IMG/VR virus record: IMGVR_UViG_3300036715_001196
Span: 1 to 64,000 of that record
From: a virus
Taxonomy: Duplodnaviria > Heunggongvirae > Uroviricota > Caudoviricetes
Length of the DNA stretch: 64,000 nt
Strand: one strand, 5' to 3'
Translations under genes and position numbers: made by a program
The notes under the pieces: model-generated
Told to the model about the DNA's origin: nothing
What the model saw: only the letters and a program-made list of their open reading frames with translations
Database searches by the model: none
Part shown: positions 47,136 to 57,121 of the stretch, piece after piece
Layout of the letters: every line of letters starts with the position of its first letter
Numbering within the stretch: position 1 is the stretch's first letter

Positions 47136-47296
47136 GTGAAATTGTTTAATTTAAGAATTTCTAAGAATTTCAAGATGCATTGGTCAAAAATATTTGGTCG
47201 GGCGGAGAAATCCTGGATTTCACTTAAAATGAAATATACATTGAAAGTATTACTTCGACCAGGGAGTTGGACAAGAAGCCGTGCAACTAACCACGA

Positions 47297-47578
47297 GTGG
47301 ATAAGCTATTGTGGGGAATGTTAGAGAATAGTGAAATAGAATATCTAAATTCATATAAAGCATTCATAGGCGGGTATGTTGTTTGGATTGAAAACCTCCC
47401 GTATGCTAGCGGGTCTCTAGAAACTAAAGGATTACATAGTGAGTCTACATTACTATCCTGTAGTAGGAAAACTGCATTATTCTTAAATGATAGCCTAGAA
47501 TCGGTACGCCTGGTGCAAGAACTTCGTGATCCACATAATAGGCACGAAGTTTATGAAAAAACGGGCTTCTATTTATAA
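47297..47578 (+). CDS. hypothetical protein
   Basis: 93-aa ORF. Confidence 0.3.
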   Translation: MDKLLWGMLENSEIEYLNSYKAFIGGYVVWIENLPYASGSLETKGLHSESTLLSCSRKTALFLNDSLESVRLVQELRDPHNRHEVYEKTGFYL

Positions 47579-47643
47579 TTGACAAATTTCCTAATCTGTA
47601 ATACACTCTTTACATCATAGACAAAAAGATGTAGGAGTACAAA

Positions 47644-48048
47644 ATGTCTAATACGTGGGATTACTTACCAAATGCGAAACATATTGATGCGATACTTGCA
47701 TCATTTAAAGCACACCCAAAAGAATGGGTTGCGGCAAGGGAAGCGGCGTGGGAAGCGGAGTGGAATGCGGCGTGGAATGCGGCGGGGGATGCAGCATATT
47801 ATGCGGCAAGGTGTGCGGCGTGGGGTGCAGCCTGTAGTGCGGCGTGGGTTGCGGCAAGGGATGCGGCGTGGGATGCGGCAAGGGATGCAATACTTGCCCT
47901 TATTGCATATGATGATTGTGCATATATGCTCGACTCAGATCCAAGTGAACTTGAAATACTTGCTAAATTAGGCGATGAAAGAGCAATACTTTTATTACCT
48001 GCATGTAAAGCATTTGCAGCTATTAAGGAAAAAGGAAATAATCTATGA
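47644..48048 (+). CDS. HEAT-like repeat protein, family A member 12
   Basis: [28 protein letters not shown]. Repeats. Conserved C-term. Divergent upstream promoter (TTGACAAATTTCC...). Confidence 0.8.
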   Translation: MSNTWDYLPNAKHIDAILASFKAHPKEWVAAREAAWEAEWNAAWNAAGDAAYYAARCAAWGAACSAAWVAARDAAWDAARDAILALIAYDDCAYMLDSDPSELEILAKLGDERAILLLPACKAFAAIKEKGNNL

Positions 48049-48296
48049 AAACAATAACACAGACAACGCTAATGTCTTTTCACGAAGCATTGACAAAATT
48101 AGTAAATGGAGAATGTGTAGGCATTCAACCCGAAGGTGTCCACGGATATCTAGAATTATTCAATCCGTTTTGGATGACTAAAGTCAATGCACCTAAAGAA
48201 ATGTTACGATGGGCAGGTACTTCTAACCTCGCACATATTCGTACCAATGAATACCTAGGTAAATGGTTTATTGTAACTGAAGATGTAACTACCTAA
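48045..48296 (+). CDS. hypothetical protein
   Basis: 83-aa ORF, ATGA-coupled. Confidence 0.4.
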   Translation: MKTITQTTLMSFHEALTKLVNGECVGIQPEGVHGYLELFNPFWMTKVNAPKEMLRWAGTSNLAHIRTNEYLGKWFIVTEDVTT

Positions 48297-48522
48297 TTTC
48301 AGCACAGGTTGCTAAAGGCACCATTAGGATATATACTCTTTATACACATTAACAAATAGGGGTATAAAATGAATGATAACGCAGCAGCTAAGGCAGGTCA
48401 GCCATTGGTAGATTTACTTAACCTTAAGAAAGATACGGTTACTAATCGCTATAAAACACAATGGGGAGAAAAGACTGTCGTTGGTTTAGGTCGTGTCATT
48501 GCCCGAATTGTTCGTGAGAGCA

Positions 48523-48936
48523 ATGATGTCTAACCAGTGGGATCACTTACCAAATGCTAAACATATTGATACAATACTTGCATCAATTAAAGCACACCCA
48601 AAAGAATGGGGTGCGGTATATTATACGGCAATTCGTGCGGCAAAGGGTGCGGCAAGGGAAGCGGCAAAGGGTGCGGCAAGGGAAGCGGCAAAGGGTGCGG
48701 CAAGAGATGCGGAGTGGAGTGCGGCATATTATGCGGTAAAGGGTGCGGCATATTATGCGGCAAGGGGTGCAGCGTGGTATTCAATCATTGCCCTTATTGC
48801 ATATGACGATTGCGCATATATGATTGGCTCAGAACCAAGTGAATTAGAAATAATTGCTAAATTCGGTGATGAGAGAGCAATTTTATTATTGCCTGCATGT
48901 AAAGCATTTGCAGCTATATTCAACAGAAAGGTGTAA
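48523..48936 (+). CDS. HEAT-like repeat protein, family A member 13 (AAKGAAREAA repeat variant)
   Basis: [29 protein letters not shown]. Centre uses AAKGAA/AAREAA units. Conserved C-term. Confidence 0.75.
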   Translation: MMSNQWDHLPNAKHIDTILASIKAHPKEWGAVYYTAIRAAKGAAREAAKGAAREAAKGAARDAEWSAAYYAVKGAAYYAARGAAWYSIIALIAYDDCAYMIGSEPSELEIIAKFGDERAILLLPACKAFAAIFNRKV

Positions 48937-49289
48937 TCATGAAATATCTAAAAGAAACTATAGTTTTTTATTTCAAAAAAATTAAAAAATATTTATTAGG
49001 CGCGGTAGAAAACTATCTGACTTAGAAAAAACCTGCAACTTATTACGTGAAATTGGTGTAAAGTATTATACACAAAGTACACTAGTCAATGATTACAATA
49101 AAACTACTCAAAATACAATGAATACTATGTAATAGAATTACATATATTGTTGTTCGGCGGTATATTAATTTTTAACAAAGACGGCAAAATAACAGATACT
49201 TGACCAAATGTTCGGTCTTATTAAGACCCTGCAGTTGACCAAAACTAAGTTTGGCCGTATAATTACTACATACAAACAGAAAGGACAAT

Positions 49290-50432
49290 ATGTCACTCCA
49301 GGTTAAAATTATCAAAGGTTTTTATCGTAACGAAGTTGTTATAGGTACATTCGAACTTATCAAAAACTATCAAGAAGGTGCGCGGGGCGGGTTTGTTACA
49401 ATCAGAAACCCTAATCCTGCAAAAATTGCACCACCGATTCAACGTATTATAGTCCAAAAAGGAGACTTTGTTATTTTGAATGAACAAGGTGTTGAGCTTG
49501 ATGATCACGAAACTGTTACTGTTTGTGACAAAACAGGTAAAACTGAAGTCGGGACAAATTACGAAGAAGCATTTATTTCTACAGAGACAGAAGAAGATGC
49601 GTTACTCAGAATTTCCAAAACTTTTGCAATGCTTGATCGCATTACGGCAGGCTGTGCCAACGGTAATATTCGCGGGCTTGTTGTATCAGGCCCACCAGGT
49701 ATTGGTAAATCGTGTGGAGTAGAAAAACAGCTAGCCGCTGAAAATATGTTCCTTACTATTGCCGGCAAAGATCCAAAGTACGAAATTGTTAGTGGTGCTG
49801 TATCGAGCATTGGTCTATACCAAAAATTATACCATAACCGGGCTGCGAAACAAGTTATTGTATTTGATGATTCTGATAGTGTATTTTTCGATGAAGAAGC
49901 ACTTTCTCTGTTAAAGGCAGCGTTGAACAGTGGTGACCGCAGACGTATTTGTTGGAACAAGGAAAGTCGTGTATTAATAGCCGACAACATTCCAGAAGCA
50001 TTTGATTTTGAAGGTAGTGTGATCTTTCTTTCAAACATCGACTTTGAAAAAACGATTGAACGTGGATCACGTATATCAGATCATTTAGCTGCAATTATGT
50101 CACGTTGCCATTATCTGGATCTTGAAATAAATTCAACTCGTGATAAGCTTTTGCGTATCAAACAAGTTGTTAGAGACGGTATGCTTACGCCATATACATT
50201 CGACGAACAACAGATTACTGATTTGCTAAATTTTATCAATAACAATGCCGACTACTTACGTGAAATATCATTGCGCATGGTAAAGAAAATTGCTGACTTT
50301 GTTCAATCAGATCCGCTTTGTTGGCAAGAATTGGCAGAAGCCACTTGTTTGCAGAAAGAAGCACGGTTCCGTAGATTGTTAGCAAAGAAAAAAGAAGATG
50401 AAAAGAGTGGATTAGTTCTTATTGAAGGCTAA
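49290..50432 (+). CDS. AAA+ ATPase
   Basis: Walker A GPPGIGKS, Walker B VIVFDDSDSVFFDE. TTGACC-N17-TATAAT promoter and AAAGGACAATATG RBS upstream. Confidence 0.65.
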   Translation: MSLQVKIIKGFYRNEVVIGTFELIKNYQEGARGGFVTIRNPNPAKIAPPIQRIIVQKGDFVILNEQGVELDDHETVTVCDKTGKTEVGTNYEEAFISTETEEDALLRISKTFAMLDRITAGCANGNIRGLVVSGPPGIGKSCGVEKQLAAENMFLTIAGKDPKYEIVSGAVSSIGLYQKLYHNRAAKQVIVFDDSDSVFFDEEALSLLKAALNSGDRRRICWNKESRVLIADNIPEAFDFEGSVIFLSNIDFEKTIERGSRISDHLAAIMSRCHYLDLEINSTRDKLLRIKQVVRDGMLTPYTFDEQQITDLLNFINNNADYLREISLRMVKKIADFVQSDPLCWQELAEATCLQKEARFRRLLAKKKEDEKSGLVLIEG

Positions 50433-50583
50433 TTCACTAAAAAAAATAAGTAATCATAGAAACTACTTTGTTATTACCCTGTGTGTACTAAGTTTACTGT
50501 ACATAAGGCTTAGTTTACTTTCCGCACTAGGACAAAAAGGTTACAACTACTTAACCGAATATTTAAAAGATGTTCGGTTTTTC

Positions 50584-50612
50584 TTGACAAATAGAAAAAC
50601 TTCTGTTATAAT
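50584..50612 (+). promoter_or_regulatory. sigma70-type promoter (TTGACA-N17-TATAAT)
   Basis: TTGACAAATAGAAAAACTTCTGTTATAAT + ACAGGAGATTAAAGATTATG. Confidence 0.6.
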
Positions 50613-50643
50613 TCACACATTAACTAACAGGAGATTAAAGATT

Positions 50644-50892
50644 ATGTCTTTTACCAAATTAACAAAAACACAAAACAATTTCTTAGAAACATACCTACGC
50701 GGCACTAACAAATCTTTGACAGAAGCTCAAGCAAAATCTTTGTTTGGAATAAAAAATTTGTCTGCACGTCTTAGCGAGTTACGTGCTATGGGTTTAAATG
50801 TATCCCGTGTACCTACTAAAACTACAGGCAAGTCTGCATACAAGATTTCTCGTAGAGATATGGCGGGCAATCAATTTAAATATCACGTTTAA
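50644..50892 (+). CDS. small basic protein, possible winged-helix DNA-binding
   Basis: 82-aa ORF. LSELRAMGLNV segment helix-turn-helix-like. Confidence 0.45.
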   Translation: MSFTKLTKTQNNFLETYLRGTNKSLTEAQAKSLFGIKNLSARLSELRAMGLNVSRVPTKTTGKSAYKISRRDMAGNQFKYHV

Positions 50893-50910
50893 TAAAGTTT
50901 CTACAATTAC

Positions 50911-50937
50911 AAACCCGCTTCGGCGGGTTTTCTTTTG
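50911..50937 (+). terminator. rho-independent terminator
   Basis: AAACCCGC-TTCG-GCGGGTTT followed by TCTTTTG. Confidence 0.75.
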
Positions 50938-51053
50938 ATAAAATAGTTTAAAATCCTATTGACAGCTTTCCTTCCTGACTACATAATACTTACATGGATT
51001 GCAGCACTGCACCATAAAGTTAGTTTACTTTCAATCAACTTAAAGGAAATATC

Positions 51054-51449
51054 ATGTCAAAAGGAATCCGCCCATTCGTAAATGCCTCATTTGCTAAACA
51101 TTTAGTAAATTTAGCAGAACTTGGTAATACAGGTTTTCGTCGTGCAGTTATGCAAGAAACTATGCAAGAATTTAATATCTCTGCATTAACTGCTGCAACC
51201 CACTATAACTTTTCATTGAAGCAACAACGCGCCAATAACCCTGCATCAGTTATTGGCGTAGGCCGGCCTGAAAACAAAAAAGGTGGACGAAAAGTAATTC
51301 ACGGTGTTACTGTTGTGAAGGCAAAAACTGGTGAAGTTGTTGCAGAAGGTGTTTCGTCTGCAACAGCCCAAACAATGATTGCCACCGCAGTTTCTAAGAA
51401 GAAAGCTAAATTGATGATCTTGACTGCCGTTTCAGAAGAAGTTGCATAA
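51054..51449 (+). CDS. small basic protein, family C (FRxAV...AATxYN)
   Basis: FRRAVMQETMQEFNISALTAATHYNFSLKQ. RBS AAAGGAAATATCATG. Confidence 0.5.
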   Translation: MSKGIRPFVNASFAKHLVNLAELGNTGFRRAVMQETMQEFNISALTAATHYNFSLKQQRANNPASVIGVGRPENKKGGRKVIHGVTVVKAKTGEVVAEGVSSATAQTMIATAVSKKKAKLMILTAVSEEVA

Positions 51450-51515
51450 GATTTAAAAAGATCCTATAATGAGCTTAATAGCTTAATAGCTAAACTCATT
51501 ATAGGAGAACTTTAA

Positions 51516-51668
51516 ATGTCAACAGCATTAATAGCCTTAATAGTACTCTCAATACCTGTAGCAATTGTAGAATGTGTTATTATACTTGTAATTGGCTCTG
51601 CCATTGCATTCACAATACAGCATCGTCGAAAAAACAAACAAGCTGCAGAAGCAACGAAGCGTGGATAA
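51516..51668 (+). CDS. very small membrane protein (50 aa)
   Basis: RBS GGAGAACTTTAAATG. Single TM LIALIVLSIPVAIVECVIILVIGSAIAF. The ORF-track minus ORF here is the likely artefact. Confidence 0.3.
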   Translation: MSTALIALIVLSIPVAIVECVIILVIGSAIAFTIQHRRKNKQAAEATKRG

Positions 51669-51702
51669 CAATACACAGCACAGCAATATCTCTGAAGAGG
51701 AG

Positions 51703-51894
51703 ATGGGTCAATTACATAGCTTGCATTTATCAATGAATGCTATTGCTGCGGTTCGTCGTAATATGCCTGTAGGCGATAGCCGCTTAGATTGTGCAGATTG
51801 TGGCGAATCTATACCCTTAGCACGTAGAATCGCTGCTAAGGGTTGTATAAGATGCATGACCTGCCAAACACTATATGAGGTTACCAATGCCTAA
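51703..51894 (+). CDS. TraR/DksA-family C4 zinc-finger protein
   Basis: CADCGESIPLARRIAAKGCIRCMTC = Cx2C-x17-Cx2C. RBS GAGGAGATG. Confidence 0.5.
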   Translation: MGQLHSLHLSMNAIAAVRRNMPVGDSRLDCADCGESIPLARRIAAKGCIRCMTCQTLYEVTNA

Positions 51895-52297
51895 TGCCTG
51901 GGATCACTTACCAAATGCTAAACATATTGACTTAGTATTACATATATTAAAACAATACCGAAAGTATTGGCGTACGAAAAATAAAGATATAAGCTCTACT
52001 TCACTAGATAAGGCATGGAAAATTACATACGATTGTATGACTATTAAAAACAGAATACCCGAATGGAATTACCTATACAATGCAACATATGGCACAGATA
52101 GCAGGGCATGGCAGGCGGATTGTAGGACAAGTGCTGCATGGCTTGCCATAATGGCACTTATTGTATATGATGATTGCGCATACATGCTCGATTCAGATCC
52201 ATGTGAACTTGAAATACTTGCTAAATTCGGTGATGAAAGAGCAATACTTTTATTACCTGCATGTAAGGCATTTGCAGCTATAAAGGAAAATGTATAA
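51887..52297 (+). CDS. divergent family A member 14 (no repeat core)
   Basis: [23 protein letters not shown]... and C-term [50 protein letters not shown]. Confidence 0.65.
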   Translation: MPNAWDHLPNAKHIDLVLHILKQYRKYWRTKNKDISSTSLDKAWKITYDCMTIKNRIPEWNYLYNATYGTDSRAWQADCRTSAAWLAIMALIVYDDCAYMLDSDPCELEILAKFGDERAILLLPACKAFAAIKENV

Positions 52298-52390
52298 GTT
52301 TACAGATAAGCCAGCAACCCAATAAGTCATTGACAAGTAGGCTTCATTACTGCATAATATATACATCGTAAACAAACAAAGGAGCAAAAA

Positions 52391-52876
52391 ATGAGCAGCA
52401 TGAAAGATCGATCTATGGAAATCTATCAACAATATATTGCACTAGCACCTGTCGATGGACGATTATTTCGCCGTAAGGTTCTTGATCAATTGATGGAAGA
52501 ATTCAAGTGCTCAGTTGCATCTGCTGCAACCTATTACAATAATTGCAAAAAATCGCTGCCGCCTGTGGAAGGGCTTGGACGAGTACCGGCGCCTAAAGGT
52601 CTTCGTAAACCTAATAGTAAAGGTAAGGTGATTGAAGATTTACAGGAAGACAATGATTGTTTCTCTGTCATTGAACTCAACGGAAATAATTCCGTTGGTC
52701 GATACCATTCATTTTTAATGCAGGGCGATGCAAGTGAATACTTTGATGAAAAGATTGCAGCATGGCCAAACAGTGTGTGGGTATTGATACGCGGCCTGGG
52801 GCCTAATCCAGGGGACGATTTCAAGCTCGAGCAAGGTGAAGAAGAAATAAAACGTTACTCCTTGGCAAAAGAATAG
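52391..52876 (+). CDS. small protein, family C (FRxKV...AATYYN)
   Basis: FRRKVLDQLMEEFKCSVASAATYYNNCKKS. RBS AAAGGAGCAAAAAATG. Confidence 0.5.
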   Translation: MSSMKDRSMEIYQQYIALAPVDGRLFRRKVLDQLMEEFKCSVASAATYYNNCKKSLPPVEGLGRVPAPKGLRKPNSKGKVIEDLQEDNDCFSVIELNGNNSVGRYHSFLMQGDASEYFDEKIAAWPNSVWVLIRGLGPNPGDDFKLEQGEEEIKRYSLAKE

Positions 52877-52885
52877 GAGAGGAGA

Positions 52886-53257
52886 GTGTCTAATGCGTGG
52901 GATCACTTACCAAATGCGAAACATATTGATGCTACAATTGCATCGGCTAAGGCACACCCAAAAGAATGGAGTGCGGCATATTATGCGGTAAGGAACGCGT
53001 CAAGTGATGCGGGGTGGGTTGCGGCAAGGTGTGCGGCGTGGGATGCGGCAGTGGGTGCGGCGCGGGATGCGGCAGTGGGTGCGACATATTATGCGGCGTG
53101 GGATGCGGTATCAGCTTTAGTGGCATATGATGATTGCGCATATATGCTCGACTCAGCCCCAAGTGAACTTGAAATACTTGCTAAATTCGGTGACGAGAGA
53201 GCAATACTTTTATTATCTGCATGTAAGGCATTTGCAGCTATTAAGGAAACTACTTGA
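52886..53257 (+). CDS. HEAT-like repeat protein, family A member 15
   Basis: GTG start after [38 protein letters not shown]. Short repeat core. Conserved C-term. Confidence 0.7.
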   Translation: MSNAWDHLPNAKHIDATIASAKAHPKEWSAAYYAVRNASSDAGWVAARCAAWDAAVGAARDAAVGATYYAAWDAVSALVAYDDCAYMLDSAPSELEILAKFGDERAILLLSACKAFAAIKETT

Positions 53258-53339
53258 CAGATTGTTATTTATTATATATAATAAAATACTCTGGTCAAGC
53301 AGACACCAGTTTAAGTCTGCTAATTTAAAAAGGAATATT

Positions 53340-53594
53340 ATGGAAAGCCGAGCATTTATACGCCAATCCTCCACGTTAGTAAGAAAAATTTATGAATCGC
53401 AAAATACAATCGGTACAGCCGAACAATTACGAATTCAGCGTGAAAACCTGCAAACAGAAATACGCCAATTGTTCGCAGGTTTACAAAACCCTACACTGCC
53501 ATCAGCATATCGCCTGCGTGACACAGCTATGCGATACGGTTTCGTAGTTGATGCAAAAATCCTACACCGACTTGCACAATTAGAAAGCGTGTAA
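53340..53594 (+). CDS. hypothetical protein
   Basis: ATG after AAAAAGGAATATT. 84 aa. Confidence 0.4.
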   Translation: MESRAFIRQSSTLVRKIYESQNTIGTAEQLRIQRENLQTEIRQLFAGLQNPTLPSAYRLRDTAMRYGFVVDAKILHRLAQLESV

Positions 53595-53595
53595 T

Positions 53596-53781
53596 ATGTT
53601 TTCGATAATCTTTCTTATTGTTTTTATGTATTTCAGTATTAAGATCTTTGACAAGATGTTTGACTGGATGATAGGCGTAATGGACAGACACCCGTCTATT
53701 CGTAACATATTAGGTATGTTTGTTGCGTATTCAGCCTACAAAGGTATAAAGCGATATTTCGAAGATCTTAAAAACAAATAA
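53596..53781 (+). CDS. small membrane protein
   Basis: 61 aa with N-terminal TM helix. Confidence 0.35.
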   Translation: MFSIIFLIVFMYFSIKIFDKMFDWMIGVMDRHPSIRNILGMFVAYSAYKGIKRYFEDLKNK

Positions 53782-53800
53782 AGTGATTACCTAGCAATTA

Positions 53801-53842
53801 AAAAAGCCCTACGTGCTATATGTTCGTAGGGCTTTTTATTTG
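53801..53842 (+). terminator. rho-independent terminator
   Basis: AAAAAGCCCTACG...CGTAGGGCTTTTTATTT. Confidence 0.7.
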
Positions 53843-53954
53843 TTGCTACAAGACATTATTACAATCGTAAACCTTAAACTTTCACATATGCATTGACACA
53901 TAAATTATCTTCCTATACAATAATTACATATTAAAAGAGTTTATAGGAAATATT

Positions 53955-54467
53955 ATGTACATAGTAAAACGTATAAAATCATTATGCAACAGCTTTGGTG
54001 ATAATAACATATATTATATCAATCAAGGCGGATGTTGTGTTTTTGCTAATTTACTCGTAAAAGCCTTAATGAAACATAACATTGAAGCCGGTGGCATTGT
54101 TCTTTCTTGGGAAGCTAAATATTTCAATGAAAATAATAACAGCTTTGATCAAATTCGAAATTCGTCTAGAAAAAATGATCCTACAGAATGGAATAGTAAC
54201 GGTGTTAGGTTTTGGCATGTGGCTGTTGAATTTAAACATAAAGGTAAAACGTATCGTGCAGATTCCGACGGCATCGAAGAAGTACGTATCAAGACTAAGA
54301 GCGAATTTAGAAATGCACCTGTGTACAATGGGTACCTAACACCCGAAGAATTGAATGATTTTTCATCTAACAAGCACAGGCATTGCTGGAATAGTATATT
54401 TGATCGCGATGATATTCCGAGGATACAGCGATTAGTCGAGCAGCACTTGTCGGTTGACCTTAACTAA
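53955..54467 (+). CDS. hypothetical protein
   Basis: 170-aa ORF. Upstream TTGACA...TACAAT promoter-like sequence. Confidence 0.45.
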   Translation: MYIVKRIKSLCNSFGDNNIYYINQGGCCVFANLLVKALMKHNIEAGGIVLSWEAKYFNENNNSFDQIRNSSRKNDPTEWNSNGVRFWHVAVEFKHKGKTYRADSDGIEEVRIKTKSEFRNAPVYNGYLTPEELNDFSSNKHRHCWNSIFDRDDIPRIQRLVEQHLSVDLN

Positions 54468-54667
54468 CATATGTATTAAAATTAATTACTTAAAGAGGAT
54501 TTATAACTGTTTCACTTGTTTGTATTCTACTTAACTTAATTTGTATTCCAGTTTGCCTCGATAAGTCTCGTTTAGCACGTATTGGTTTATTTTTTAATGT
54601 AATTGGAATATGTTTTAATACTTTTGCTATACTTGCAAATTTGCATTATATTTGAATTAAGGATAAT

Positions 54668-54970
54668 ATGTTTATCATTCTAGGTCTATTGTGGCAACTC
54701 GTGGTTCGTTCTTCTATTGTTGCATCTGCATTTGTAACTCAAGGATTGGTATTATCTAAATTATGGGATTGGTTTATTGTACCGTTAAATAAAAACATTC
54801 CCACACTAACAGTAGTTTCTGCAATAGGTGTTACCATTGTTATTGGCTATCTTACAAGTGGGCGCATTATTAGCCGTACTAACGACGAAGAGGACGACTT
54901 CTTTGATAGTGCGATTATGCACCCTTTAATAGTATTATTCGTAGGATGGTGTTTAAGGTTCTTTATGTAA
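54668..54970 (+). CDS. membrane protein
   Basis: 100 aa, several hydrophobic helices. Confidence 0.4.
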   Translation: MFIILGLLWQLVVRSSIVASAFVTQGLVLSKLWDWFIVPLNKNIPTLTVVSAIGVTIVIGYLTSGRIISRTNDEEDDFFDSAIMHPLIVLFVGWCLRFFM

Positions 54971-55045
54971 TTCAAATACTAGTTGACTTATATCCTAGAC
55001 TACAATATAATACATACATCGCAAACAAACATAGAAGGAACTATC

Positions 55046-55354
55046 ATGTATGTAGTCTACAATAAAGAAACAACACGTTATTTGAAAAATCACGTAGGTG
55101 TTAAATCTGATAAGACACATTTCGAAACCACAGGTGCTGCTAAGGCTGCATTGACGCGTGCTGTTAAACAAACCGCATTAAACCCACAGCCAATTAATGC
55201 TGATGATTTTGCAATTGCAGATTCATTAGATTTTCACAAAAATATCGAAAAACAAGTTCCTGTACAAAACTTAATGAGTGGCGGCACCGTTATGCAATCT
55301 GCGAACACTCCACGTTGCTGTGACGTCTCTTCCGAAGCATATTGGTCGATGTAG
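55046..55354 (+). CDS. hypothetical protein
   Basis: ATG after GAAGGAACTATC. TTGACT-N17-TATAAT upstream. Confidence 0.45.
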   Translation: MYVVYNKETTRYLKNHVGVKSDKTHFETTGAAKAALTRAVKQTALNPQPINADDFAIADSLDFHKNIEKQVPVQNLMSGGTVMQSANTPRCCDVSSEAYWSM

Positions 55355-55375
55355 TCCTAATAGAAAGGTAATATT

Positions 55376-55564
55376 ATGTCTTTACATTTATTTCTAATAT
55401 GTTGTATGGTAATATTACCTTTCTATGGTGCATTTCTCACTGTTGTGTTTTCTGTTGTAAAATTTTATAGACCGCACCTAAATAATGCTTTCTTTTTGAT
55501 TCCTGCAATATGTTTTATCCTAACATTAATTATACCATTATCGTGTCAATTTAAAGTATTATGA
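55376..55564 (+). CDS. small membrane protein
   Basis: 62 aa, two TM helices. Stop overlaps the first SLFD gene (ATGA). Confidence 0.35.
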   Translation: MSLHLFLICCMVILPFYGAFLTVVFSVVKFYRPHLNNAFFLIPAICFILTLIIPLSCQFKVL

Positions 55565-55839
55565 CTATTTTTGATACACTACGATATCCGATTAGCTGGC
55601 CGCCAACTGAGGCTGAGATTGCAAATATACCATATCCGCTGTTAGAAAAATGGGCAAGGTACACTCTTTGGAAAAGTGGTATGGATATATCCTCACATGA
55701 ATTTCCTACAGATATTATTTATAGTTTATGTAAATTTTATAAGTCTGCAAGCCTTGCTAGCGATAGTAACCTAGGTATCTGTCGTACCTCTATATACGAA
55801 GTCGAATTACTTAGAAAAATGATAAGAGATTTAGAATGA
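55561..55839 (+). CDS. SLFD-family small protein, tandem copy 1
   Basis: MTIFDTLRYPISWPPTEAEIANIP...LLRKMIRDLE. Confidence 0.5.
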   Translation: MTIFDTLRYPISWPPTEAEIANIPYPLLEKWARYTLWKSGMDISSHEFPTDIIYSLCKFYKSASLASDSNLGICRTSIYEVELLRKMIRDLE

Positions 55840-56132
55840 GCTTATTTGATGCGTTAAGATATGTAGTTAGCTATCCGCCACTTTCAGAAGAGTTATTAGT
55901 GCTGCCTCGAGATTTATTATCAAGATGGGCTAAAGAAACTAATTGGCAAATAGGCCCTGCACTTATTTCTACGTATTCTGAGACCGAGTATATTATTTTA
56001 ATTACAAATTTATGCAATTACTATGCCTCTTATAAGAATGAGGATAGCCAAAGTGACAAGCATAAAATAGCTCGACACAAAGAAGAAATTAGTATTCTTA
56101 GAAGATTAATTAAAGAATATGATAGTGATTAA
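55836..56132 (+). CDS. SLFD-family small protein, copy 2
   Basis: MSLFDALRYVVSYPPLSEELLVLP...ILRRLIKEYDSD. Confidence 0.5.
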   Translation: MSLFDALRYVVSYPPLSEELLVLPRDLLSRWAKETNWQIGPALISTYSETEYIILITNLCNYYASYKNEDSQSDKHKIARHKEEISILRRLIKEYDSD

Positions 56133-56205
56133 AAGTAGTCGATAACCAAACAAGCCTAATTTAAAGACTTACACAAAGCCCTACCTTTATAACAAGGAAT
56201 AACTT

Positions 56206-56376
56206 ATGATACCGCTGCTGCTGTTATATTATGTGTTGTTTAGTGTTTTGTTTGGCATAATAACATTATTTCTTTCTGTGATTAAACCAGGAATTGTAAA
56301 TGAATGTGTATATCAAATTGCAATTGTTTTGATATTATCAGTCCTTTTATTATTCTACATACTTATTATTAGGTAG
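56206..56376 (+). CDS. very small membrane protein (56 aa) inserted in the SLFD array
   Basis: ATG at 56206. Two hydrophobic helices. Ends 2 nt before the next SLFD start. Confidence 0.3.
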   Translation: MIPLLLLYYVLFSVLFGIITLFLSVIKPGIVNECVYQIAIVLILSVLLLFYILIIR

Positions 56377-56378
56377 AC

Positions 56379-56669
56379 ATGAGCCTATTTGATGTAATAA
56401 AATACCCGATTAGTACACCAGTAACTCTAGAGGAGTTGTATGCTATTCCAGAGCAGATTACGGTAGACTTATTAAACACTATATTAAAAATAGTATTTAA
56501 TACAGATAGACCAAAGAGGTGCTTCAGCAACCACACTGATTTATGTGAAGGTTTGCACTCGTGGTTTACCATACACGAAGGCAATGAATGGGAAGCCGCA
56601 GATGCTATGATACCAGAATTTTATATTTTACTTAGAAAAGCAATAAAGGATTACAATGAGCCTATTTGA
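56379..56669 (+). CDS. SLFD-family small protein, copy 3
   Basis: MSLFDVIKYPISTPVTLEELYAIP...LLRKAIKDYNEPI. Stop shares ATGAGCCTATTTGA with the next start. Confidence 0.55.
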   Translation: MSLFDVIKYPISTPVTLEELYAIPEQITVDLLNTILKIVFNTDRPKRCFSNHTDLCEGLHSWFTIHEGNEWEAADAMIPEFYILLRKAIKDYNEPI

Positions 56670-56895
56670 TGTGCTAAGATACCCGATTAGTGAACCACCA
56701 ACTAAGGAAGAACTTGAGGCACTACCTAACGATATATGGGATAAGTGGATAGCATATTCTCAGTGGCCAGAAAGTGCATCGAAGACACTAATAGTCGAAT
56801 GGTATGGGGGCATAGACTACATGAATTTACCGTCTGTTGAGAGGGAAATTATTAAATTAAAACAGATAATAAAGGATTACAATGGGCCTATTTGA
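56656..56895 (+). CDS. SLFD-family small protein, copy 4
   Basis: MSLFDVLRYPISEPPTKEELEALP...KQIIKDYNGPI. Confidence 0.55.
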   Translation: MSLFDVLRYPISEPPTKEELEALPNDIWDKWIAYSQWPESASKTLIVEWYGGIDYMNLPSVEREIIKLKQIIKDYNGPI

Positions 56896-57121
56896 TATGC
56901 TAAGATATCCGATAAGCGATAAGCCCACTAAAGAAGAAATAGAAGCAATTCCTGATGATATATTTAATAAATGGGTAGAAACGAGTTTTGTTTATCTGCG
57001 TAGTCGTGAAGAAGTTATTGTGTTTTTTAACAGCCACTGTAGTTTCATTAAATATATAGGTGCTCAGACCTGTATTGATGATTATCGTAAATTAATAAAG
57101 GAGTATGATGAACTTATTTGA
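56882..57121 (+). CDS. SLFD-family small protein, copy 5
   Basis: MGLFDMLRYPISDKPTKEEIEAIP...KLIKEYDELI. Confidence 0.55.
   Translation: MGLFDMLRYPISDKPTKEEIEAIPDDIFNKWVETSFVYLRSREEVIVFFNSHCSFIKYIGAQTCIDDYRKLIKEYDELI

Noticed and set aside
51512-51733. Minus-strand 73-aa ORF.
   Set aside because: It overlaps two plus-strand ORFs that have good RBSs (51516 small TM protein and the 51703 TraR-like zinc finger).
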